A DNA stretch of 64,000 bases from an uncultured bacterium (GTDB lineage: Bacteria > Krumholzibacteriota > Krumholzibacteriia > JACNKJ01), in contig CAVOFT010000001.1 of the NCBI GenBank assembly GCA_963695095.1, positions 1,856,001-1,920,000 on the forward strand, written 5' to 3'. The first letter of the stretch is position 1. Each line of letters starts with the position of its first letter. Both the position numbers and the translations under genes were made by a program. Positions 19,080 to 28,168 of this stretch are shown piece by piece. The notes under the pieces were generated by a model. That model searched no databases. It was not told where the DNA came from and saw only the letters and a list, made by a program, of their open reading frames with translations.

Positions 19080-19616
19080 ATGCGATCGGTCGTTCTCTTC
19101 AGCTTCTTGAGCTTTTTCGTCATCTTCTCGGCGACCTTCGTGGTGACGGGCGTCTTCCAGGGGCTCAAGGCGGCCTACGGCGCACGGCACGATGAGGCGG
19201 CCAGCGCCGCGAGTCCCGATTCGCTGAGCCTGGAGCGGCAATCCTTGCAGGCCCGCGCTGCGGATCTTTCCCGCCGCGAGGGTGAGATGGAGGATCTGCA
19301 GGAGAGCCTGGAGCTGGAGCGGGCGGTGCTCAACGAGGAATTCAACAAGCTGAGCGGCCTGCGCTCGGGCATTGCGCAGGCGGCGGGAGAGGTCGAGACG
19401 GCGCGTGCCCACAGCTTGAAGAAGCTGTCCAAGGTCTACGAGGCGATGCCGCCCAAGGACGCCGCCGCCATTCTCAGCGGGATGGATGTGGACATCGTGC
19501 TCGAGGTGCTCCGCAACATGAAGGAGCGCCCGGCGGCCCAGGTGCTGGCGGCGCTGGATCCCGGACGGGCCGCAGCGCTCAGCAACATGCTCAGCGCGCA
19601 GAAGGAGCAGCGATGA
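19080..19616 (+). CDS. MotE/FlbB/YlxF-family protein (TM, coiled coil, MgtE-N-like)
   Basis: LSKVYEAMPPKDAAAILSGMD..LRNMKERPAAQVLAALDP; fliJ-X-fliK position. Confidence 0.85.
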   Translation: MRSVVLFSFLSFFVIFSATFVVTGVFQGLKAAYGARHDEAASAASPDSLSLERQSLQARAADLSRREGEMEDLQESLELERAVLNEEFNKLSGLRSGIAQAAGEVETARAHSLKKLSKVYEAMPPKDAAAILSGMDVDIVLEVLRNMKERPAAQVLAALDPGRAAALSNMLSAQKEQR

Positions 19617-21217
19617 ACCTCATGAGCCTGCTCGGCCTGGGCAGCGAGGGCCACGCGGCGGCGGGCGAGCCGAGCAAGTCGGCGATGGGCGGGACGGGCG
19701 AGCGCTTCCAGGCGCTGCTCGTCGGCGCGCTCGGCGAGGCGGGCGAGCCGGTAGGGGCTGATGCGCCAGTGGCGGCCGCCCTGCCGGGCGAAGCGACAGG
19801 CGCGGTCGAGGGGGAGCCCTTGCCGGAGACCGCCCGGGAGGACGCCGTTGACGAGCTGATGACGACGGCTCTGGAGCTCGGGGCACTACCCGATCCTCCA
19901 GCCGAAGAGCAGCGGCCGCCGATCGCCTGGGCCGCTCTGGCCGGCACGCTCGTGGCGGCGGCTCCGCAGCCCGCCTCCGTCGCGAGCGCGCTGGGCATGC
20001 CGGGCGCGCCGGGGGCCAGCGCTCTGACGCAGGCGATGGCTCCGGCCGAACTCGCCCTCACGGAGCGCGAGGCTCCGGGCATGTACTCCCTGGGGGCGTC
20101 CTTGCCGGGCGACGCAGCGCCGAGCGCCGCCGATCTCCCCTTCCTGGGGAACCCGACAGCCGCAGAGAACCCGGCGGCGCCTTCAGTGGCGGCGATGGCG
20201 CCCAGCACTGTCCCGGCCCTCGCGGCGGCGGCAGCCCAGGAGCCGACCGGCGGCCCAGGTCCCGCCGAGCAACTCGCCGCCGAGACGGCCGCCCCAGAGG
20301 CCGGCGCACTGGCAGGCGCAGCCGTGGCGGGGGCCACGGCGGCAGCGGCGCAGGGGGCGCCGCCGGCGGGCAGCCCGCGGGCCGCGGCGAAGAGCGAGGA
20401 GGGTGGCAAGGACATGCCCGCAGCGCCCCTGCCGGCGCGCGAGAGCGCTGGCCGGGGCATTGCCCAAGCGGCGGGTCTGACCGAGAGCGCCAGACCGGTT
20501 CCGGCCGCGCCCAGACCGGCGTCACCCGCGCCGGGGGGCGCGGCAGCGGCGGCCCCCGTGGCGGAGCCGACAGCCGGCGGGGCGGACTCCGCCCCGGCCA
20601 GCCTTCCCGCGGTCCCGGTCGTGGCCAGCGCGCCGGCCGGCGACGAGAGCTGGTCAGCAGCGGAGCCCACCGGCGATGAGCCCGCCCAGCCGCGCGAAGC
20701 GATCGGGATGCTGCAGCCGAAGGCGGCCGCCGGTCGCCTGCAAGCGGCCAGCCTGGAGGGCGGGGCCGCTGCTCCGGAGCCCAGTCTGCGCAGCGCGGAA
20801 GTGCCCGAGCGCGCCTTGCGCATCTTGCGCGAGCTGCGCGCCGACGGCGCGCAGCAGTATCGCGCGGAGCTGCGGCTCGATCCACCGGGGCTGGGTCGAG
20901 TCCGCATCGATTTCGAGTTGATCGTGAAGGGCGAAGGCGATGCGCAGCACGCGCTGACGCGCATCACGGTCGAGACCGCGGCCGCGCACGAGCAGCTGCA
21001 GGCAGAGCTACCGCGCATTCGCGCCCTGCTCGCGGAGCAGGGCCTGGGCGGGGCCGAAGTCGAGCTGCATCTGCGCCAGGGCCAGGGCCAGGGCGCCCAT
21101 GAACAGCAAGCCCAGCGCTCGCCCTGGCAGCGCGCCGAGAAGGGCGAGCACGAACTGGGCAGCCGCCAGCTCGGGTGGCGAAGCACTCACGACGGATTGA
21201 TCGACCTGCGGGCTTAA
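19613..21217 (+). CDS. fliK: Hook-length control protein
   Basis: Long Ala/Pro-rich region; C-term AELRLDPPGLGRVRI..LPRIRALLAEQGL..IDLRA. Confidence 0.9.
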   Translation: MNLMSLLGLGSEGHAAAGEPSKSAMGGTGERFQALLVGALGEAGEPVGADAPVAAALPGEATGAVEGEPLPETAREDAVDELMTTALELGALPDPPAEEQRPPIAWAALAGTLVAAAPQPASVASALGMPGAPGASALTQAMAPAELALTEREAPGMYSLGASLPGDAAPSAADLPFLGNPTAAENPAAPSVAAMAPSTVPALAAAAAQEPTGGPGPAEQLAAETAAPEAGALAGAAVAGATAAAAQGAPPAGSPRAAAKSEEGGKDMPAAPLPARESAGRGIAQAAGLTESARPVPAAPRPASPAPGGAAAAAPVAEPTAGGADSAPASLPAVPVVASAPAGDESWSAAEPTGDEPAQPREAIGMLQPKAAAGRLQAASLEGGAAAPEPSLRSAEVPERALRILRELRADGAQQYRAELRLDPPGLGRVRIDFELIVKGEGDAQHALTRITVETAAAHEQLQAELPRIRALLAEQGLGGAEVELHLRQGQGQGAHEQQAQRSPWQRAEKGEHELGSRQLGWRSTHDGLIDLRA

Positions 21218-21227
21218 GGAGGCAGCG

Positions 21228-21947
21228 ATGGCGACGACGATCGCGGACATCGGCTTGAACTCGGCGCCGACCGGTAGCGGCATTGCCACGGGCAGCGCGG
21301 AGCTCGGCAAAGAGCAGTTCCTCCAGCTCCTGGTGACGCAGCTGCAGCACCAGAACCCGCTGGAACCCACGACGAACGAGGACTTCATCGCGCAGCTCGC
21401 GACCTTTGCCAGCCTCGAGCAGCTGCAGGACATCAACACGGGGACCAGGACCGGCCTGCTCATGCAGCAGAGCGTGACGAATGCGCTGTCGACCGGCCTG
21501 ATCGGCAAGGACGTGCTCATCGACACCAGCACGGTATCGGTCGCCAGAGGCGCGGCGAGCCAGTTCGTCGTGGACCTCGACGGCGAGGCCATCGTGACCG
21601 TCAAGGTCACGAACGCGGATGGCGATACCGTGCGCACCCTCGAAATCAGCGACGACGGGGGATTGCCCCTCGCGGCGGGCGAGCACCAGTTCACCTGGGA
21701 CGGCAAAGACGATAACGGCGTCGCCGTGCCGGACGGCGATTACACGATCAGCGTCACGGCGGCCGACGCCGAAGGCGCGGCGGTCGGCGCGAGCACCTGG
21801 CTGCGGGGGCATGTGGCCGGGGTGCGCTTCTCGGAAGGCATCGCCTACGTGATCGTAGGGGAAATGGAATTCAACCTCGCGGACGTGATCGAGGTCCGGG
21901 AGGCAATCGCCGCAGCGCTCACGAGCGCGACGACGACGGCGGGCTAG
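21228..21947 (+). CDS. flgD: Hook capping protein
   Basis: LGKEQFLQLLVTQLQHQNPLEP..FIAQLATFASLEQ; FTWDGKD..PDGDY. Confidence 0.97.
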   Translation: MATTIADIGLNSAPTGSGIATGSAELGKEQFLQLLVTQLQHQNPLEPTTNEDFIAQLATFASLEQLQDINTGTRTGLLMQQSVTNALSTGLIGKDVLIDTSTVSVARGAASQFVVDLDGEAIVTVKVTNADGDTVRTLEISDDGGLPLAAGEHQFTWDGKDDNGVAVPDGDYTISVTAADAEGAAVGASTWLRGHVAGVRFSEGIAYVIVGEMEFNLADVIEVREAIAAALTSATTTAG

Positions 21948-21994
21948 CACACCAGGCAATCGCACGAGGCAAGTACTTCGAGGGAGGTCAGAGC

Positions 21995-24067
21995 ATGCTG
22001 AGGAGTCTCTTCGCGGGCGTGTCGGGGCTGATCAATCACCAGACCAAGCTGGATGTGATCGGCAACAACATCGCTAACATCAACACGATCGGCTTCAAGA
22101 CGGGGCGCGTCTCATTCCAGGAGATGCTGAACCAGACCGTGCGCGGCTCGAGCCGCCCGGGCGCCGGTCTCGGCGGCACCAATGCCATCCAGGTCGGCCT
22201 CGGCATGACGGTGGCTTCCATCGACACCCTGCAGACGCAGGGCAACCTGCAGGCCACGGGCAACATGTTCGACATGGCCTTCCAGGGCGACGGCTTCTTC
22301 GTGGTCAAGTCGGGCGAGTCGCTCAGCTTCACCCGCGCCGGCAACTTCGCGATCGACGGCTTCGGCAATCTCGTTCATCAGTCCAGCGGCTCCATCCTCC
22401 AGGGCTATCTGCCGGACGATGCCGGCGAGATCCGCGAGAGCAGCACGCTGTCGGACATCATCGTCGATCGCTCGCGCGTGGTGCGCGCCTCCGCCTCGAG
22501 CTACATCGGGCTGACCGGCAATCTGAAAGCCGATGCCGAAGCGCTGCCGACGATCACCGAGTCCGGCCGCTTCCTCAAGCTGGCGGCGGCCGACACGGCG
22601 CTCGTGGATCTGTCCCAGCAAACCTTCGGCAGGGACCTCAATGTCCGCGCCGGGGACGTGATCAGCATCAGCGGTCTGATCGACACCGACATCATCAACG
22701 GCAACCTGGTCGTCGACGGCAACACCGATCTCCAGGACGTGATGGACTTTCTGAACGCCGCGATCACCGCCGTCAACCCGACCTACCCGCCGGGCTCGGT
22801 GACCCTGGTCGACGGCAACATCACGATCAGCGGCCATCCGGCGGCGGGCAACGACATCCATGACCTGCGCCTGAGCGTCAACGGCAATCCCGATTTCAAC
22901 TCCGCCTTCACCTTTCCCTCGCTGATCACCGGCGGCATGGGCGACGTCGCGGTCATGAACCAGACGATGATGCAGGCCGCGGATACCGGTGATCTGCTCA
23001 TCGACCTCTACAACGGCGATGGCGAACCGCTCGACGGCCCCGACAGCGAGTACAGCATTCTGGACACCGTCCTCAGCTTGCAGGCCTATGTCGGCGGCGA
23101 GGCCCATGCGCCCAGCAACTTCACCGTCACCGGCGCGACGACCCTGCAGGACCTGATGAACGCGCTGCAGGCGGTGACAGGCATCTCCGATTACGGGGAC
23201 GCCGGCATCACGTTGACGAATGAGGGCGCCATCCGCATCGAGGGCAACCCGGGCCTGGACAATTCGCTCGACAGCATCGCAATCGGCGATGCCAGCTCGA
23301 CGACCACCTTCGGCAACACCTTCCTCTTCGCGGAGATCCAGGGCGCCAAGGACGCGGAGATGCATCCGGTGAGCGTCGATGTCTACGACAGCGTCGGCAT
23401 GAAGCACCACCTGACGATCTCCTTCCGCAAGCCGTCCTCGGATGCGGGCAACATCGAATGGTACTGGGAGGCCGAGATCGACGGCACCAGCCAGATCCTG
23501 ACCGGAGATCGCGGCAGCCTCATCTTCAGTCCCGACGGCGAGCTGGTGAGCTTCTCCTTCGATGACGGCAGCGGCTCGCTGCGCATCGATCCCGGCAACG
23601 GCGCCAGCCCCATCGACCTGCAGATCCGCACGGCGATCGGTTCGAGCTCGCTGACGCAGACCGCCGGCGCATCGACCGCGAAGATCGTGGCCGTCGACGG
23701 CTACGCCTCGGGCATCCTCGAGAGCGTTCTCGTCGACGAGCGCGGCGTCATCGTCGGCCAGTTCTCCAATGGCGTCTCGGAGGACCTGGCGCAGATCGCG
23801 GTGGCCCAGTTCTCCAACTCCGCCGGCCTGGTCCGCCAGGGCAGCAACCTGTACTCGGAAAGCTCGAATTCGGGGCGCTCGCTGATCGGCACGATCAGTG
23901 GCTCCGTCGTGAATCGGATCACGCCGGGAGCGCTGGAGATGAGCAATGTCAATCTGGCGCAGGAGTTCACGGAGATGATCACGGCGCAGCGGGGCTTCCA
24001 GGCCAGCGCGCGCATCATCAGCACGGGCGACGAGATGCTCACCGAACTGGTGAACATCAAGCGCTAG
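21995..24067 (+). CDS. flgE: Flagellar hook protein (690 aa)
   Basis: MLRSLFAGVSGL..DVIGNNIANINTIGFK; FTRAGNF; GALEMSNVNLAQEFTEMITAQRGFQAS. Confidence 0.97.
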   Translation: MLRSLFAGVSGLINHQTKLDVIGNNIANINTIGFKTGRVSFQEMLNQTVRGSSRPGAGLGGTNAIQVGLGMTVASIDTLQTQGNLQATGNMFDMAFQGDGFFVVKSGESLSFTRAGNFAIDGFGNLVHQSSGSILQGYLPDDAGEIRESSTLSDIIVDRSRVVRASASSYIGLTGNLKADAEALPTITESGRFLKLAAADTALVDLSQQTFGRDLNVRAGDVISISGLIDTDIINGNLVVDGNTDLQDVMDFLNAAITAVNPTYPPGSVTLVDGNITISGHPAAGNDIHDLRLSVNGNPDFNSAFTFPSLITGGMGDVAVMNQTMMQAADTGDLLIDLYNGDGEPLDGPDSEYSILDTVLSLQAYVGGEAHAPSNFTVTGATTLQDLMNALQAVTGISDYGDAGITLTNEGAIRIEGNPGLDNSLDSIAIGDASSTTTFGNTFLFAEIQGAKDAEMHPVSVDVYDSVGMKHHLTISFRKPSSDAGNIEWYWEAEIDGTSQILTGDRGSLIFSPDGELVSFSFDDGSGSLRIDPGNGASPIDLQIRTAIGSSSLTQTAGASTAKIVAVDGYASGILESVLVDERGVIVGQFSNGVSEDLAQIAVAQFSNSAGLVRQGSNLYSESSNSGRSLIGTISGSVVNRITPGALEMSNVNLAQEFTEMITAQRGFQASARIISTGDEMLTELVNIKR

Positions 24068-24088
24068 CGACGCAAGGGGTAGGCGTCC

Positions 24089-24328
24089 ATGATCCAGCTC
24101 ACGAAGCTGAACGGGCAGGTGATCGCAGTCAACGCGGATCTCATCGAGATGATGGAGGAGACCCCGGATTGCCTGCTCTTTCTGACCACGGGCCGCAAGC
24201 TGATGGTCCGCGAACGCATCAGCGCGGTGCGCGAGGCGATCATGGCCTACCGGCGCGAACTGGGGCGGGCCTATCCGATTCCGGCGGGGGGCCCGGACTA
24301 CAATCCGGTGGACGTGGACGGCGACTAA
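24089..24328 (+). CDS. flbD: FlbD/SwrD-family flagellar protein
   Basis: MIQLTKLNG..VNADLIEMMEETPD..TTGRKLMVRE. Confidence 0.92.
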   Translation: MIQLTKLNGQVIAVNADLIEMMEETPDCLLFLTTGRKLMVRERISAVREAIMAYRRELGRAYPIPAGGPDYNPVDVDGD

Positions 24329-24468
24329 GGCGCCACTGGCCAGGAACGAGTCAGGCGCGGGCGGCGGCAGCCGCCGAGCAGGGCGGATCGCGCGCGCCGG
24401 CGAACTGCCGCCGCGACCGGGCGCCCCGGATAGCAAGGCTGCCGGCGACGCGGCCATAAGGGAGAGAA

Positions 24469-25032
24469 ATGGTTGACGAAGCAAGAGATACGCAAGACGA
24501 GGCGACGACTGCGGCTCCCGAGCCGGCCAAGCGCCGGCGCCTGCCACGCAAGGCGCTGCTCCTGGCCGGTATCGCCCTGGCCCAGCTGGGGATGGCGCTC
24601 GCCCTGGCACATTTCGTGATCCTGCCTCGGCTGCCGGCGGCCGCCGGCAGCGCGGCCGAGCCGACAGCGCATGGCGAGAAGGCCGCGCACGGCGGCGAGG
24701 GCAAGCACGGCGAGAGCGCCGCGGGTGAACGCGGCACGATCGTGCTCATGGAGAATGTCGTCGTGAATCTTCAAGGCGAGGAGCGCACGCACTTCCTCAA
24801 GGTGGCGCCCGGCCTGGAAGTCGCCGACGCCCACGCGGCCGCCGAGATCGAGGAGCGGATGCCCGAGCTGCGCGATCTGGTCATCAGTCACTTCGCCAGC
24901 CGCGGCGTGGCCGAGGTGATCGGCCGCGAAGGACGCGAGCAGGTGAAGCAGGAACTGCTGGCGGACATCAACAACCGGCTGCTGCACACCAAGGTGTTGA
25001 ATATCTACTTCAGCGACTTCGTCGTGCAGTAG
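24469..25032 (+). CDS. fliL: Basal body-associated protein
   Basis: One TM helix; ENVVVNL..ELRDLVI..GREQVKQELLADIN..NIYFSDFVVQ. Confidence 0.93.
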   Translation: MVDEARDTQDEATTAAPEPAKRRRLPRKALLLAGIALAQLGMALALAHFVILPRLPAAAGSAAEPTAHGEKAAHGGEGKHGESAAGERGTIVLMENVVVNLQGEERTHFLKVAPGLEVADAHAAAEIEERMPELRDLVISHFASRGVAEVIGREGREQVKQELLADINNRLLHTKVLNIYFSDFVVQ

Positions 25033-25047
25033 GAGGGAGCGGAAGCG

Positions 25048-26107
25048 GTGATCGACGAGGAGCAGGCAGGCAGTGACGTGCAGGCGCCCGCGGCCGGGCC
25101 GCCGGCGCTCGTGGAAGAGACGGCCGCCGAGGCGCTCGGCGCCGCCGTGCGTTCGCGCCGGGGGCGCGATGTGCCGGCCTTGCCCTACGACTTCAGCCGG
25201 CCGATCCAGCTCTCCAAGGGCTTTTCCCGCAGCCTGACCATCGTCGGCGAGTCCTACGCCAAGCTGCTCAGCCTGTCGCTCAGCAACTACCTGCGGATCC
25301 CGCTCAGCGTGACCGCGCAAGGCGTCCGCCAGGTGCTCTTCGAGGAGCACACGGGCGGCATTGCCAGCCCGAGCTGCATCAGCATCGTCTCGCTGGCGCC
25401 GATCAAGACGCCGGCCATGATCACGATCGACGTCGGTCTCGTGTTCGCGATGATCGAGAAGATGCTTGGCAGCGCCACCGTGCAGGCCGACGTGCGGCGT
25501 GAGTTCACCGCGATCGAGGAGCGCATCGCCCGCAAGATCGTCCAGCGCATGCTCAGCGACCTGCAGGAGGCCATGCAGCGCATCCTCAGCGTGGAGGCCG
25601 GGCTGACCGCCATCGAGCACAATCCGGACTACACCTACATCATGAACGCAAACGACCCCTGCCTCCTGCTACCTTTCGGCGTGGAGCTGGGCGAGTTCAC
25701 GGGCGAAATGAGCGTCTGCATCTCGCTGTCGGCCCTGGATGCCGAGCTGGGCGGCGAAGGCGCGTCGCCCGTTCCGGGACGCTCGCAACGAGCATGAGCG
25801 GCGCGAGGACGGCCAGCGCCTGTCCTTGATCCTGGACAGCACGCGCACCGAGGTGGTCGCGGAACTGGCCCGCCTCCCCGTGAGCGTCGCGCAATTGCGG
25901 AAACTCGAAGCGGGTGGCGTGCTCAGCCTGCGCAAGCAAGTGGATGAACCGCTCAAGGTGATGGTGGGCGGCTGCCCGCTCTTCCTCGCCACGATGGGCC
26001 GCTACAAGAGCAAGTCGGCGATCAAGATCACGCGCGTCCTGCGGCCGCGGGAGAACCCGCTGGGGGGCACGCTGGAGCAGCAACCGAAGAGCGAGGGCAA
26101 GCGATGA
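25048..26107 (+). CDS. fliM: Motor switch protein FliM, split by a +1 frameshift near 25768-25770
   Basis: PYDFSRP and REFTAIEERI in 25048-25797; SpoA domain VVAELARLPVSVAQLRKLEAGGVL..AIKITRV in the next frame; removing one C joins them. Confidence 0.88.
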
Positions 26108-26517
26108 GCGACGAGATCACCCTGCAGGATGCCGCCGAGTCGAAGACCGCTCCGGTGCCGCCGCGGCAGCAGCCGGTCGGCAAGGCTGCCGATCTGCCTG
26201 CCTTCAGCGCCGGCATGGACAGCAAGCCGACCGCTGGTGTCGGCGAGTCGCGCGGCGACAATCTCGCGCTGCTGCGCGATGTCAGCCTCGAACTGACGGT
26301 CGAGCTCGGCCGCACGCGGATGGCGATCGGCGAGATCGCGGAACTGGGGCAGGGCTCGATCATCGAGCTGGACAAGCTGGCAGGCGAGCCGGTGGATGTG
26401 CGCGTCAACGGCGTCCTGCTGGCCGCCGGCGAGGTGATCGTCCTCGACGACGTCTTCGGCGTGCGCATCACGCGGCTCCTGGGCCGCGTCGATCGCATGG
26501 ACACCTTCGGCGACTAG
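26104..26517 (+). CDS. fliN: Motor switch protein
   Basis: LRDVSLELTVELGRTRM..GSIIELDKLAGEPVDV..GEVIVLDDVFGVRIT. Confidence 0.96.
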   Translation: MSDEITLQDAAESKTAPVPPRQQPVGKAADLPAFSAGMDSKPTAGVGESRGDNLALLRDVSLELTVELGRTRMAIGEIAELGQGSIIELDKLAGEPVDVRVNGVLLAAGEVIVLDDVFGVRITRLLGRVDRMDTFGD

Positions 26518-26526
26518 GAGACGCAC

Positions 26527-26955
26527 ATGCGCAATCTGCCCTGGCTGAGATCGCCCCTCGCGCTGGCCGCCGTCGCCTTCGCTGGCCTCGGCCTGCTCGC
26601 GCTCCTGCCGGAGACGAGCGCGGGGGCGGCGGGCGTCTCCCTGCTGCGCCTGGCCTTCGCGCTGGTCGGCATCCTGGCCCTGGCCCTGGGCGCCGTGCCG
26701 CTGCTGCGGCGGCTGCCCACGGCGCGGGGCGGGCAGGCGCGGCGGCTGCGCTGCGAGGAAGTGCTGGCCTTGGGCGGGCGGCAGCGCATCGCCCTGCTGA
26801 GCGTCGACGGGCGGGAGCTGCTCGTGAGCCTGCAGGCCGACGGCAGCCGCCTGTTGCTGGATCTCGGCGCTGCTGCGGCGCAGGGCGCCGCCGAGCCCGA
26901 CGCGGCAGTGGCCGGCGAGTTCCAGCGCCTGCTCGCCGAGCGCCGCGGGCGCTGA
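26527..26955 (+). CDS. fliO: Flagellar biosynthesis protein
   Basis: TM helix then LALGGRQRIALLSVDGRELLV; between fliN and fliP. Confidence 0.8.
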   Translation: MRNLPWLRSPLALAAVAFAGLGLLALLPETSAGAAGVSLLRLAFALVGILALALGAVPLLRRLPTARGGQARRLRCEEVLALGGRQRIALLSVDGRELLVSLQADGSRLLLDLGAAAAQGAAEPDAAVAGEFQRLLAERRGR

Positions 26956-27082
26956 GCCCGGCGGACGGTTTCTAGCCAGCCGCGCCGGGGCCGCGCTCCG
27001 AGGCATCGCCGGCGTCTCTTCCTAACTCCTTCTAATATCAGCCGATGCTCGCGCACTCGGGGTGCTGGGCCGCCCCGCCGGG

Positions 27083-27098
27083 CGGCACGGCCCTTGAT
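27083..27098 (+). promoter_or_regulatory. Candidate sigma54 promoter of fliPQR-flhBA
   Basis: CGGCACGGCCCTTGAT: GG-N10-GA (variant -12); AT-rich patch upstream at 27016-27040. Confidence 0.55.
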
Positions 27099-27132
27099 GA
27101 CAAGGTGTCGACACCCTGCGGAGGAGCCCGGA

Positions 27133-27888
27133 GTGCGCAGAATCCAACCGATCGTCCTGGCCCTGATCATCCTGGTCGTCGTGGGCGGCGTCCTGCCGGC
27201 CCAGGCGGCCTCCGTGCCGGCCGTCAAGTTCAGCATCGGCGAAGGCAGCCCGGAGGGTGGCGGCCTGGGGGCGGCCCTCCAGATCATGCTCGGCCTGACC
27301 GTGCTCTCGCTGGCGCCGGCCATTCTGCTGCTGATGACGAGCTTCACGCGCATCGTCGTCGTGCTCGGCTTCCTGCGCCAGGCGCTCGGCACGCAGCAGA
27401 TGCCGCCCAACCAGCTCATCATCGGGCTGTCGCTCTTCCTGACGGCGGCCGTGATGAGCCCGGTCATCGACGAGATCCGCAGCGAGGCGGTGACGCCCTA
27501 CATGGCCGACGAGATCGATGACACCGAGGCCCTGCGCCGGGGCGTGGCGCCGCTGAAGACCTTCATGCTCAAGCAGACGCAGGACAAGGACCTCGCCCTC
27601 TTTCTGGAGATCGGCGACCGGCCCATGCCCGAGACGCGCATGGACACGCCGCTGACCGTGGTGGTGCCGGCCTTCGTGCTCAGCGAACTGAAGCGCGCCT
27701 TCCAGATCGGCTTCGTGCTCTTCGTGCCCTTCCTCGTCATCGACATGGTGGTCGCCTCCATCTTGATGAGCATGGGCATGATGATGCTGCCGCCGGTGAT
27801 GATCTCGCTGCCCTTCAAGGTGCTGCTCTTCGTGCTCGTCGACGGCTGGAATCTCGTCGTGCAGAGCCTGGTCAAGTCCTTCGGTTAG
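27133..27888 (+). CDS. fliP: Export gate protein
   Basis: TSFTRIVVVL..QQMPPNQ..PAFVLSELKRAFQIGF..MGMMMLPP..LPFKVLLFVLVDGW; GTG 27133 after GAGGAG. Confidence 0.97.
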   Translation: MRRIQPIVLALIILVVVGGVLPAQAASVPAVKFSIGEGSPEGGGLGAALQIMLGLTVLSLAPAILLLMTSFTRIVVVLGFLRQALGTQQMPPNQLIIGLSLFLTAAVMSPVIDEIRSEAVTPYMADEIDDTEALRRGVAPLKTFMLKQTQDKDLALFLEIGDRPMPETRMDTPLTVVVPAFVLSELKRAFQIGFVLFVPFLVIDMVVASILMSMGMMMLPPVMISLPFKVLLFVLVDGWNLVVQSLVKSFG

Positions 27889-27897
27889 GAGGCAGGC

Positions 27898-28161
27898 GTG
27901 AGCGAACAAATGGTGCTCGACCTGGGCCGCCAGGCCCTGGTCACGACCTTGATGGTCGCCGGGCCGATGCTGGCGGCAGCGCTGCTGATCGGCCTGCTCG
28001 TCAGCGTCTTCCAGGCGGTCACGCAGATCAACGAGATGACGATGACCTTCGTCCCGAAGATCGTGGGCATCCTCGTGGTGGGACTCGTCACCCTGCCGTG
28101 GGTGCTGCAGGTGATGCTCAGCTTCACCCGTCAGGTCTTCGCCATGATCGAGCGATTGTGA
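27898..28161 (+). CDS. fliQ: Export gate protein
   Basis: GLLVSVFQAVTQINEMTMTFVPKI. Confidence 0.96.
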   Translation: MSEQMVLDLGRQALVTTLMVAGPMLAAALLIGLLVSVFQAVTQINEMTMTFVPKIVGILVVGLVTLPWVLQVMLSFTRQVFAMIERL

Positions 28162-28168
28162 GGCGCGC

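Noticed and set aside
19613..20800. Low-complexity Ala/Pro region as a repeat element
   Set aside because: Normal disordered ruler region of FliK; no discrete DNA repeat unit
27022..27048. CTAA-N15-GCCGATGC as a sigma28 promoter before fliP
   Set aside because: Both boxes imperfect, export-gate genes are early class, and a sigma54-like site lies closer
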